A DNA stretch of 20,000 nt from the NCBI RefSeq assembly GCF_004010195.1, contig NC_057718.1:15097694-15117693 (forward strand), in the 5' to 3' direction. Made by a program: the position numbers and the translations under genes. The stretch comes from Chiloscyllium plagiosum (lineage: Eukaryota). Below the pieces are notes generated by a model. The model was not told where the DNA came from. It searched no databases and saw only the letters and a list, made by a program, of their open reading frames with translations. Positions 8,041 to 18,499 of this stretch are shown piece after piece (position 1 is the first letter of the stretch; the number at the start of each line of letters is the position of its first letter).

Positions 8041-11000
8041 CTATATAAAAGCCCTTGTTAGTGTGGCAGATAAATCTGTTTCCAGATATTCCAAAAAGGG
8101 TTGCCATGTCTTGTAAAAATTCTCAGTTTTGTGGTCTACCATACTTGTGAGAAAACCCAGGGGAATATGCTCCATAACAATCTTCCGCCAACCCGACAGG
8201 CCTGGGAGGTTTTTGGATATCCAGCCTAGCAAGATATTATTTCCTGCACAGAACATGAGAATATTGAAAACTTTTTTCTTATGTGCGTCTGCAGGAAATA
8301 CAGCGGGCAAGCCCAAAAGGAGAGAATTAGGGTCCTTCTCCATCCTTACACCCAAATTCCTCTCCATTGTGTCTGCCACAGCACTCCAATATGTTTGAAG
8401 CCTGTCACAAGACCAAAGACAATGGGTAAGAGTGCCCGTGCAGACCTTGCACTTGGGATACGCTGAAGAGACCACTGGTTTAAATTTTGACAAACGGTCT
8501 GGGGCTAAGTGGACCCTGTGGAGAATCTTCAACTGTAAAGCATTGGTCCTATTGCAAATTGATATCTTCCTTGCATTCTCCCAAATATCCTCCCATGCCT
8601 CTGAAGAAAATTCAACACCCAGATCTCTTTCCCACATCTTGCAGAGTCGATCAAACTCATCTGAGGGGGCACCACCCAACTGGTGATATAAAGTACTGAC
8701 AGAGAGTGTATTCTTAGCACTTAGCACCCCTCTCGCTATGTCGGATTGGCAGGGATCAGTCAAAAGTGTGGTCTTTTTTTGAATAAAATCCTTAACTTGA
8801 AAAAAACTAAAGAGGTCTCTATTAGATTGCTCGTACTTCTGTACTAACTGATTGAAGGACATCATTACATCTCCCTCACATAAATCACCCATGCAAAACA
8901 CACCCCTAGCTGTCCAACGTTTAAATCCTGAACCTATCATCCCTGGTTGAAAACCCGGCATACCCACTAAAGGTGTAAACAAAGATGTTTTGTCAATATT
9001 GTCTTTTCTCTGACAAATTGCCCTCCATGCTTTAACAGTATTGATGACTATTGGATTATGGCAATATTCCCTTACTGTCCTCATTCTTTCCAAAAACAGC
9101 AAACTGGTAAGGAGGCACCTTGCCTGGGAGGCTTCGATATCTAGCCATATTGAAAGAGGATCTCCACAAACATGATCACTCATGTCGGACAAAAGCGAGC
9201 TTAATTGGTAATTTTTAACGTCTGGAAGGTCCACTCCCTCCAATCTGTGAGGCAGATGCAGCTTACTAAATTTAATGAGGGGCCGCTTACGATGCCAAAT
9301 AAAGGAGCTGAACCAGCCGTTCAGCCTCCTAAGTGTTTGCTTATTGAAAATCAGGGGGAGCATCCGTATAGGGTATAGCAAACGATCATTTAATTTCTTT
9401 CAAAGAATTGGATAAAATTAGCTTTGAACAGCGATCCAGAACTGGAGTAATGAATAGGCCCAAATACACAAAACCCCCCTGTGACCAACTAAATGGGAAT
9501 CTATAGTCACCCTCAAGACCTAGCTCCTTCATAAGACCACCCATAAGCATAGCTGCTGATTTCGCAAAGTTAATCTTGTACCCTGAAAAAATCTCCAAAT
9601 GTACAAATGCATTGTGTCAGGCGAAGCACTGAAACTGCTGGATTTGTCAAAAAACTAGGACATCACCTGCATTCAATGAAATCTTATGTAATTTTGACCC
9701 CACTTCTGGAGCTGATATATTGGGATCCCCACGAATGGCCTCTGCCAATGGTTCAATCACCAACGTAAAAAGTAATGGTGNNNNNNNNNNNNNNNNNNNN
9801 NNNNNNNNNNNNNNNNNNNNNNNNNNNNNNNNNNNNNNNNNNNNNNNNNNNNNNNNNNNNNNNNNNNNNNNNNNNNNNNNNNNNNNNNNNNNNNNNNNNN
9901 NNNNNNNNNNNNNNNNNNNNNNNNNNNNNNNNNNNNNNNNNNNNNNNNNNNNNNNNNNNNNNNNNNNNNNNNNNNNNNNNNNNNNNNNATAAGTGAAATA
10001 TTGGCCTCTCTCAGAGATGGTGGGAGACAAACATGACTGTATGAATCATTAAACATATTCAGCATCGGGCTTGACAGTATACTTATAAATTCCTTATAGA
10101 ATTCACTGGGAAGTCCATCAGGACCGGGCGCCTTTCCACTCTGAAGCTGCCTCACAGCTTCCTGCACTTCTTGCTCTCATCATGGGGCATTGAGAAAGGA
10201 CGGTTGTTCGGGAGTCACACCTGGGAGCTTCAGATCCTTAAAGAAGATTCCCTTCCCTAATCGCTGTAATGGTTTGTAGGGCACTCCTCTTTCTGGCGAG
10301 ATATGCTAAGTATTTGCCTGGTTTGTCACCATGCTTGTATAACCTTTGCTTTGCAAAAGCCAGCTCCTTCTTTGCCATCTGCGTGAGCACGGAATTTAGT
10401 GCAGACCGCAGAGCCGTAATCCTCTGTAGTTTGACCAGCGAGGGCCTGTCAAAGCAGGCCTTCTCAGCTGCATGATCAAAGTTGTAATATTACCAATCGT
10501 ACAGCATGCCACCAAATCCAGGGTTACCGCAGGGGTCAGAAAAACAATCAATCCTAGTGTGACATCTGGACGGATTGGAGAAAAATGTGAAATCCCTACC
10601 TGTAGGATGGAAATGCCTCCAGACATCCACCAACCCTCATTCCCCATACAGACCCAATATCTATTTAGTTTGTACAGAGGATATCGAGGGACCTTTGGGC
10701 AACCTGTCTACTGTGGGATCCATGAGACAGTTAAAATCTCCTCCTACAATGATGTGCTAGGACTCGAGACTTAGAAAAAGCGTCTACCAAAAATTTAAGG
10801 GGATTTAAAACACCATATTCGTCCCAATTTATTAAAGCTTTAAGAATTACAAACCTCCCGTGTGTGTCTTTAACACACTTTAACAACTTAAATAGGAGAC
10901 TCCTCCCAACCAATTTAGCCACTCCCCTACTTCTTGTTTTAAATGATGAAAAATAAACTCGGTCAAAGCCATTCTGCTGTAATTTCAGATGCTCCTTGTC

Positions 11001-11135
11001 ATCCAAGTGTGTTTCCTGTAACAAAGCATTATCCACCTTTTCCTTTCTAAGTTTCAAGAGTACCTTCTTCCTCTTAATTGGTGAGTTAATTCCCTTGATA
11101 TTCCAGGTACACCATTTAATCAAGTCATTAGACAT
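8041..11135 (-). pseudogene. L1 ORF2 (APE endonuclease, RT, C-terminal Cys/His domain), disrupted
   Basis: TWNIKGINSPIKRKK..LLQETHL, GGDFN, LQSGKAPGPDGLPSEFYKEF, PLLFTLVIEPLAEAIR, FSGYKINFAKS, LQLKILHRVHLAP..(Y)PKCKVCTGTLTHCLWSC. Has frameshifts, apparent deletions near 10470, 10258 and 9385, and an N gap. Confidence 0.92.
9781..9988. other. Assembly gap (208 N)
   Basis: Run of N within the L1 RT domain. Confidence 1.
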
Positions 11136-11712
11136 AACCTTCTGCAATAACATTTAAATTCCAGAGGGGAGGAACCTGAACCACAAATCACCAAGCCTTA
11201 GTGTCACATGATCCACCAAATATAAAAACTACATAAACTAAAACCACTACATTTAACAAACCTACAAAACTATTGAAAATTAAGAACAACAAAAACCAAA
11301 AAACAAACCAACATATAAAGCGCCAACACCCCCTGCCCAGAGGGGGCAACTACCTGTCCCAAACTGCCCATAAGTAGGCATCTAACCATCCCAGCCACCT
11401 TCACTTCTCCCAGCTAGAGCCGCACTACAAACACAAGCAGAAAAGAGTAAACACCACATAAAATACCAATATGAATAAAAAAGTTATTTTTTTAAAAAAG
11501 GGGGAATAAATACCCCACCCATCCTTTGATATATCTTAATTTAGAAATTGAAAAGGTACGTCTCCACCACACCAAACATAGTTTAAATCAAATTATTATC
11601 AATAAAGGAGAAAAGGAAAGATAAAGCTCCAACTAGACTTCCTCCATTTCTTTCACAAAACAATAAAGACATACCCAAACAACACTATTTATACATACTA
11701 AAATTGTTCAAT

Positions 11713-12525
11713 TTAGGTTAGTTTGTCCACAAAGTCTCTTGCCTTCTCCAACGTGTCAAAGCGATGTATGGATCCATCTAAGGCGTTCCGAAGCACTGCT
11801 GGATACCTCAGGGAGTACTGAATCCCAAGCTTCCTCATCTTCTCTTGACCCCGTTGTCAGATTTTCGTTTCTGGGTGACCACTGCTGAGAAGTCCTGAAA
11901 GAACATGATCTTAGAGCCCTCATAAATTAGGGCCTCCAGATCCTTCTCCTGGACTCTGGAAGCCTCCATGACTCTCTCCTTATCCCAGTAATGATGGAAC
12001 CGCACCAGGAGAGGACGACGGCATTCACCCAGGGCCATCTCCATGCTGCAACCCGGTGAGCCCTCTCTATCTTCAATTCTCTCATGCCAGCCTCCAAGTC
12101 AAGGAATTTCAGCAGCCAGTCCTTAACAAATTCCATTGGCCGCTCACCTTCCTTACCCTCAGGCAGACCGATGATCTGAATGTTTTTTCTCTTGCCCTTG
12201 TTCTCAAGATCATCCATTTGTACGCACAAATTACGACCTGCGTCTCCAGGGCTTGGATCCTATCCTTGAATGAACTGGCATCAGCTTCCACCACTGTGAC
12301 CCTGTGCTCCACCTCATCCGTCCTCTTCTCCAGGTCTCCCAGCTACTGCTCATGCTTCTGCAGCATGAGAAAGACTGGAGCCAGCTTCTCTTCAATCTGT
12401 TTCCCCAACATCTCGCGAGATTTCATGAGCTCATTCACCAGGTCCTAGAGAGTAATCGGCTTCGAGGCTGCTGCAGACTGAGCTGCAGACCCGGCCTCGG
12501 ATGCTCCTCCTCCCTTTCTTGGCAT
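11713..12525 (-). pseudogene. L1 ORF1 (coiled coil, RRM, CTD), disrupted
   Basis: Coiled coil (LEKRTDEVEHRVTVVE..RIQALE), then MDDLENKGKRKNIQIIGLPEGKE, IERAHRV, RPLLVRFHHYWDKERVM, IMFFQDFS and YSLRYPAVL. Contains stops and frameshifts. The start codon is inferred. Confidence 0.88.
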
Positions 12526-12690
12526 CTCTGGACAGCTGGAGACGCAGGTAAGTTCATTTTTAGAAGTTTCTTGGGACTCCACGATCTTTCTGGAGTCCCA
12601 AGATATCGCGATGGTCTGGGTTGGGCGGGTTAAAGGTTTGTCCCGCTTGTGCTGTGATGCAGAGCTCTGCAGTGTGATCTTCTTAGATCA

Positions 12691-12702
12691 CCACCATCTT
12701 GG
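12691..12702 (-). promoter_or_regulatory. YY1-like motif at the L1 5' end
   Basis: Element sense ccaagatggtgg about 14-25 nt from the 5' end, one CpG-type transition away from CAAGATGGCGG. Confidence 0.5.
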
Positions 12703-12890
12703 ATCCCTGTCGCTAAAGCTGGATTTTGATACTTTCATGGGACATGCCAGCACAAGATGTCTTTGAAAATTAGAAAAAAAGTCCGAGCCCAGCAACAGCT
12801 TGCGGATTGGTTTAAAGTGGTTTGACACAGAATTAAGGTGAGAGTATGCGGTTAGCCTCAGACCAGCATGCCTGCCAATAGGCAAAGTTT

Positions 12891-12990
12891 CTCTCTCTCA
12901 TATATATATATAAAACACACATATACATAACTATATGTACTATATATGCATAGGCAAACATATTGTATATACAATATATACACATAAATA
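12891..12990. repeat. Degenerate (CT)n/(TA)n/(CA)n low-complexity tract
   Basis: ctctctctcatatatatatataaaacacacatatacataactatatgtactatatatgca... Confidence 0.8.
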
Positions 12991-13351
12991 AAACAGACGA
13001 AAAATAGCACCCAGTCTGAAAAAAAAAGAAAACTGCAAATTCAAGTCAAGACCTAGGTCCAACTGACCAGCTACCATATTGAGGAACACCACAGTCAACA
13101 ACTGAGAAAGAATCACCTCACTCCATCCTTTAAAAATTGGACTCTGATTCAAATACTTTGAGTCTTCTTTTGCCTATATTTTCCACTCAGCATATTCCTG
13201 AAACATTCGTTTGTCTTGTCTGTCTGGTCAGTCCAGTCCTATATCGGAATGAATGTGTGTATATTTATATTCTAAGAGTATATAGTTCAGGTAAACATAT
13301 TAGTAATTAATCTTTTTTTTTGCCAAACTTTTCTTTATACATAAAGTGATT

Positions 13352-13560
13352 TGTGTATAGAATGAACTGCCAGAGAAAGTGATGGATGCAGATACAGTTA
13401 CAATGTTCAAAAGATATTCAGACAAGTTCATGAATAGGAAAGATTTGGAGGATATGGGCTGAACACAGACAGGTGGGACTAGTTTAGTTTAAGAACATGG
13501 TTGGCATGGGCTGTTGGACTAAAGAGTCTGTTTCCATACTGTATGTCTCCATGACTCTCT
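13352..13560 (+). mobile_element. CR1 (HER1-like) 3' fragment
   Basis: NELPEKVMDADTVTMFKRYSDKFMNRK followed by the tail ggactaaagagtctgtttccatactgtatgtctccatgactct. Confidence 0.85.
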
Positions 13561-14380
13561 GATATCTTTGTTACAATAAATATTTGGGGGTTGTATGATT
13601 TTCTTATTCATTGATGAAATCTGGTTGTGTTCGATCATCTTAGATAGTGTTATCAATCAGGTATTAACCATCTTCAACATTAAATTGATCATATTCATAC
13701 TTTACACATGTGACAACTTGTGGAATAGTGGTACTTGATTGCCAGCACATATTCCCACCAAGGTCATGACACTTACTAAATCAATAATTATTACTCTGCC
13801 TCTGAAAAAATTAAGCTCCAGTGATCTTGGAAATGATTGACATATGCACAAAACACAATTTTAGTTACAGTAACATTTAACTCTGGATATTTTGACTGGA
13901 TTTTAAGCCACTCTAGCCAAAGACCTAGAGACAAAAAATATTTCACATAAGAGATATTGAAGTGCTACTAAGGAACTTGGAAGCGGAAAAAGAAAACAAA
14001 TGTTTAGAATTTATGACACGGCTCAATTAACCTCTTGGTGAACTTAAAAGCAGTAAGCACCTTTCAACATGGAGAAAGAAAAGATCCTAAGGTGATTCAC
14101 AGATACAGCAAATAACTGTTTGAAGACTGTTACATGATGCCTTTAAGAAGTGTTATGCTTAATGAGTTTGATATGCTAACGAGCCAAAGACTAGAATGCA
14201 AACTGTATGAGCAGTCCAGCAAGAAGCATTACAAGGAGGTGGTTTCAAACAATTATCTGTAATTTCAAGCTGTCATCTCAGCTGCTAATAAAACTTTTGA
14301 GGTTTTCAAGAAAGCTGAATCCAGGTTAAACTTACCAACACACAAGAAAGCAAAACAAAGAGCACTACAGAGGATTTGGA

Positions 14381-14685
14381 GATCACAGAATCTCTACAGT
14401 GTGGCAACAAGCCATTCGGCCCAAGGAGTCCATACCAGACCTACCCCGCTACCCTATCCTTGCAACTTTGCATTTCCCATGGCTAATCTACCCAGCTTAC
14501 ACACCCCTGGACACTATGGACACCTTAGCCAAGCCAATCCTAACCTGCACATCTTTGGACACCAGAGCAAACCCACATAAACACAGGCAGAATATGCAAA
14601 CTCCATACGGAGAGTCATCCACGGCTGGAATCGAACCTGAGCGCCTGTGAGGTAGCAGTACGATCCACTGAGCCACCATGTTGCC
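14381..14685 (-). mobile_element. HE1-like V-SINE (diverged)
   Basis: Minus strand ggcaacatggtggctcagtgg (A box), ggttcgattcc (B box), V-domain ggagtttgcatattctgcctgtg and CR1-like tail gggccgaatggcttgttgccacactgtagagattc. Homologous to 16101-16419. Confidence 0.85.
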
Positions 14686-15264
14686 AATTTTGGAGAAAGG
14701 GAAGTTGATTAATAAAGGAAGGGGAAAGTACCTTTGGGGCTCAATCCATGGTCGAGGTGTGAAGTTACAGAGTGAAGGAAGGGAGGTAGTAAAATTACTA
14801 AGTTGCAGATCAAGATTGCTTTTTTGGGGTTGAGCCTCCACATTTAAGGATACCAAATACATCTTTGAAAACAGAACTGCTGTAATTCAGACAATGCCTG
14901 GCATTGATCCTGCTAAAACCTTTCTTATGTACCTTGCAGACACAATAGCTGGCATTAAATAAAACGTGGAATCATGGGAAAACTGAACATCATTTTTGTG
15001 GCGATAAATGCCAATGAGTTTCACTTTGACAAGGAGCACATCTCATCAGAATTGTCAGATTCAGATCACAACCTACAAATTCCCTCATCGGCAAGAGGGT
15101 GCTCAAGCGCAACCATCCACTGGGGGAACTGATGATTAGCAACAGTGAATCGGGTTCCAAAGGAGGAGACAATCACAAGCAAGTCTTTCATACCACTACA
15201 AGTGATGTTGGCAAAACGGTCTGCTATGAAAATGGTCTTTAATTCAGAGGTTGGCACAGTGCAC

Positions 15265-15440
15265 AAAGTGGAGGAGGCTGGTAAAAGTACAACTTTTAAA
15301 AGGTATTTGGATGGGTATAAGAATAGGAAAGGATTAGACCGATATGGGCCAAATGTTGGCAAATGGGTCTAGATTAATTTAGGATATCTGGTTGGCATGG
15401 ATGGGTTGGACCAAAGGGTCTGTTTCCATACTATACAACT
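15265..15440 (+). mobile_element. CR1 (HER1-like) 3' fragment
   Basis: KVEEAGKSTTFKRYLDGYKNRKGLDRYGPN followed by the tail gttggaccaaagggtctgtttccatactata. Confidence 0.85.
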
Positions 15441-15754
15441 CAATGGCCAAGTACTGGAATAAAAAAAACTACAACAAGTGTCAATTAAAAAAAAAGGTCA
15501 TATTGGCTCTCAAAGCCCATTCTGTAGTACACCATTAACTTCCCGACTATAGCATTTAGCTGCACCTTGCAATCACTGATGATTCCCTCTGCAACACTCA
15601 ATGGCAAGGTTGAGGTGATGTAGATCCTACAATGATTGAAGAAATAAGAAAAATATACTGCACAATCTCTATTCCATTCTTCTTTTACTAACTATTGCGT
15701 GACCAACAGTCATCCCTGAACCAACATTATGGAAACCAAATTGCCCTTAATCAT

Positions 15755-15907
15755 ACTGTTGTTTGTGGGACCTTGCTGTGTGCAGATTGGCTGCCGTGTT
15801 TTCTGTAGCACACCAATGTGAACAATGGAATGAGTACTAATTTGGCTGTGAGGTGTTTGCCTTATTCAAATATCATGAAAGACACCTTATACATGAACAT
15901 TTTTCTT
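15755..15907 (+). mobile_element. DeuSINE-like (SacSINE1/AmnSINE1-type) 3' fragment
   Basis: tgtttgtgggaccttgctgtgtgcagattggctgccgtgttt matches the Deu-domain core as I recall it, followed by a decayed tail (ttggctgtgaggtgttt...atgaaagacacc). Confidence 0.65.
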
Positions 15908-16020
15908 ATTGATTTCACATCGACACAAGTCAACAAGGAGGATTATTCTTATCAAAATGCAAAAGCAGTACTTTGCTTTGGCTTAACAGGTCAGCCTTGT
16001 GGCTTTGGTGAGCTGCTAAC

Positions 16021-16612
16021 AGAGTGATACAGCATGGAAACAGACCCTTCAGTCCAATTAGTCCATGCTGACCACGTTCCCAAACTAAACTAGTCCCACA
16101 GGGCGGCACGGTGGCACTGTGGTTAGCACTGCTGCCTCACAGCGCCAGAGACCCGGGTTCAATTCCTGTCTCAGGCGACTGACTGTGTGGAGTTTGCACG
16201 TTCTCCCCGTGTCTGCGTGGGTTTCCTCCGGGTACTCCAGTTTCCTCCCACAGTCCAAAAAAAATGTGCAAGTTAGGTGAATTGGCCACGCTAAATTGCC
16301 TGTAGTGTTTGGTGAAGGGGTAAATGTAGGGGAATGGGTCTGGGTGGGTTGCGCTTCGGAGGGTCAGTGTGGACTTGTTGGGCCGAAGGGCCTGTTTCTA
16401 CACTGTAAGTAATCTAATCACCTGCCTGCATTTAGCCCATATCACACTAAACCTTTCCTATATATGTACTTATCTAAATGTTTTCTAAACATTGTAACTG
16501 TACGTGCATCCACTACTTCCTTTGGCAGTTCATTCCACACACTAACTATTCTCTGTTTAAAAAATGTTGTCCTTTTTAAATGTTTCACTTCTCACCTTAA
16601 AAATGTGCCCCA
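16021..16612 (-). mobile_element. CR1 (HER1-like) 3' fragment split by an HE1 SINE
   Basis: Tail reverse complement tacagcatggaaacagacccttcagtccaa (16028-16057). Resumes at about 16420 with VSVWNELPKEVVDARTVTMFRKHLDKY on the minus strand. Confidence 0.85.
16101..16419 (+). mobile_element. Full-length HE1-like V-SINE
   Basis: Starts gggcggcacgg. A box tggcactgtgg (16112-16122), B box ggttcaattcc (16156-16166), V-domain gtgtggagtttgcacgttctccccgtgtctgcgtgggtttcctccggg and tail gggccgaagggcctgtttctacactgtaagtaatctaatc. Many CpGs are retained. Confidence 0.93.
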
Positions 16613-16674
16613 AGTTGATATACTTAACCTTAATCCTCTCCCCATTATAATCAATGGCCCATCACTGAAAAGTA

Positions 16675-16790
16675 AGTCTTTATTGAATTCAGATTCCACT
16701 GCCTCTCATGGCGGGATTTGAAAAGTATTCCCAGAACATTCACTGGGTCTCTGGATTAACAGTCTAGCAACAATACCACTAGGCCATTGC
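16675..16790 (-). mobile_element. 5' head of a tRNA-derived SINE (family of 521-852)
   Basis: Minus strand gcaatggcctagtggtattgttgctagactgttaatccagagacccagtgaatgttctggg aligns with 522-585. Confidence 0.75.
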
Positions 16791-17549
16791 ATCTGCTATG
16801 AGTTCACACGCTACCCACTCAAATAATTTAGATCACCCAAAATCACACTGCTCCCACGATACACAAAGTAATGCCAACCCCACGTAATGCCAACCCCACC
16901 AACATATCCTTTCAAGTTAGTAACCATTGTGTGATATAGTAAACCACACTATGACTTTAGAGAATATATGGAGGAAACAAAAGCATCGACTGGAAATTGG
17001 ATAACAAACAGTGTTAAAAGACACTGAAAAACAAAGTTTCAAACATAGGCCAACAAACATACCAATAATAAAAGCTAATTCACAGAGTCACTGAGTGCAG
17101 ACTCCAAACAAGCTGATAAAATTAATGCACTAAAGTCTCCCACAATACACTCAAGCTCGATATTTGTCCTTTCACCTATTTACAATAACAGGCAAATTTC
17201 AAGAACAAGAAAGCTTGCACATCTTAAACTTAATTAAGACAGCACAGCAATTATGTTTACAAGAGACCCTGAGATCATTATTTAAATCAATCTTGCTATA
17301 GCTAACAGTTTCAGACCCCCTCCTCTCCCAAATAATAACTTATCGCACGCTGTGATGTGAAATCTTGAAGGGACAAAAATAAAGATTCCAACTCCCCTCT
17401 GCTGCAGAAAATTATTCTTGTCCAGCAAATTGCATTTATCAGGAGAGGCAAAAAGGTGGTGAATAGTCGAAATATGAGCAGTTAAAAACGGTGCTCTGAA
17501 ATCTGTATAAAACAGGTCATAAATTATTGTCAAATGTTGTAGCAGCACA

Positions 17550-17745
17550 CAATCAGGCCACCTGGCCCATTAAGGCCATGTCATTGCTTAGCCTCCACTG
17601 AAAACATCTAGGCCAAATCACACCTTCTGCTTGTGTCCATTTCCTACCTAAAATAATATACAGCTTATTGTTCCTGAAGCAGTTTGCAGCAGAGAATTCA
17701 ACATTCTGATCCGCTTGTGTGTAGGAAGTTGTTTTGCAGCATCAT
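17550..17745 (-). mobile_element. Probable very old CR1 3' remnant
   Basis: caggccacctggcccat and gcagagaattcaacattctgatccgcttgtgtgtaggaag resemble the reverse-complemented tail and RVVxxWNxLP region of the other CR1 copies here. Confidence 0.4.
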
Positions 17746-18499
17746 GCAGTTTCTCTACTTGGAAATCCAATGACAGTTCTTCCATTCAGCAGATGAATGT
17801 TGCTTTGTTAATTAAATGAACCGCAACATGCGGTTAGGGTAATAAGGGACATCAAATGAACACTGTGATAATTACCAATTTTCTCCAAGTTTCTCACTGT
17901 ATTTTGAAACTTTGCCTGAAAACCGAAGTCATGTTTTATTTAGGTCCTTGCAAATGGTGCCAATAGTCAATGGTACTCAAAGCAATGTTTTTGTAAAGCA
18001 TTTATGACAATTCAGTAAGAGGAGAGTGACCAGGACAATAAATCATTCCGAGTTCCGGGGAGTCACAGCACATAATTAGATTCCATAATGAAAAATTTCA
18101 TTTGCCTCAAACATGCAGCGTGCTTCTTTGATCAACAGCTCCAACAATAAATAAAAACTTCCATCAAAGAAATAACAATGTCATTTTTAGTAAGAAACAA
18201 CAATCTGTCCACATGGCAAAAACACTACAATAGAAATCGTTGGCTCAATTACAAATGCTCACTCTCCCACTGTTCTTCAGACTCGATGAATCCCAAAATG
18301 TTCCTTCGAACAGTCATTGGTATAAACAAGACCGCATTAGGAAGCATGAATCAACACTGCCAATGGTGATATATCACAAACAATTATCAGAAACAGACCC
18401 TTCTGTCCAACTCATCCATTACAGACTATCAGGATTAACTCTGAGAGAATACAACTCTCTCTCTCTCTCTGACACACATCAAACCCTTTACACTTGGTC

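Larger units (their letters stand above)
7739..12715 (-). mobile_element. L1-clade LINE, 5'-intact but inactivated, with 12-bp TSD
   Basis: Short 5' UTR, ORF1, long T-rich spacer, ORF2 and T-rich 3' UTR. aagctggatttt at 7727-7738 and 12716-12727. In element sense the target reads tc/aaaatccagctt, similar to the L1 TT/AAAA preference. Confidence 0.92.

Noticed and set aside
7406..13164. Shared 14-mer aaatactttgagtc at 7406-7419 and 13151-13164 on either side of the L1
   Set aside because: It lies hundreds of bases from the L1 ends, which already have their own TSD, and there is little extended homology. Probably chance.
16101..16175. tRNA gene
   Set aside because: The A and B boxes belong to the tRNA-derived head of an HE1 SINE and run straight into the V-domain. 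The same applies to the other SINE heads.
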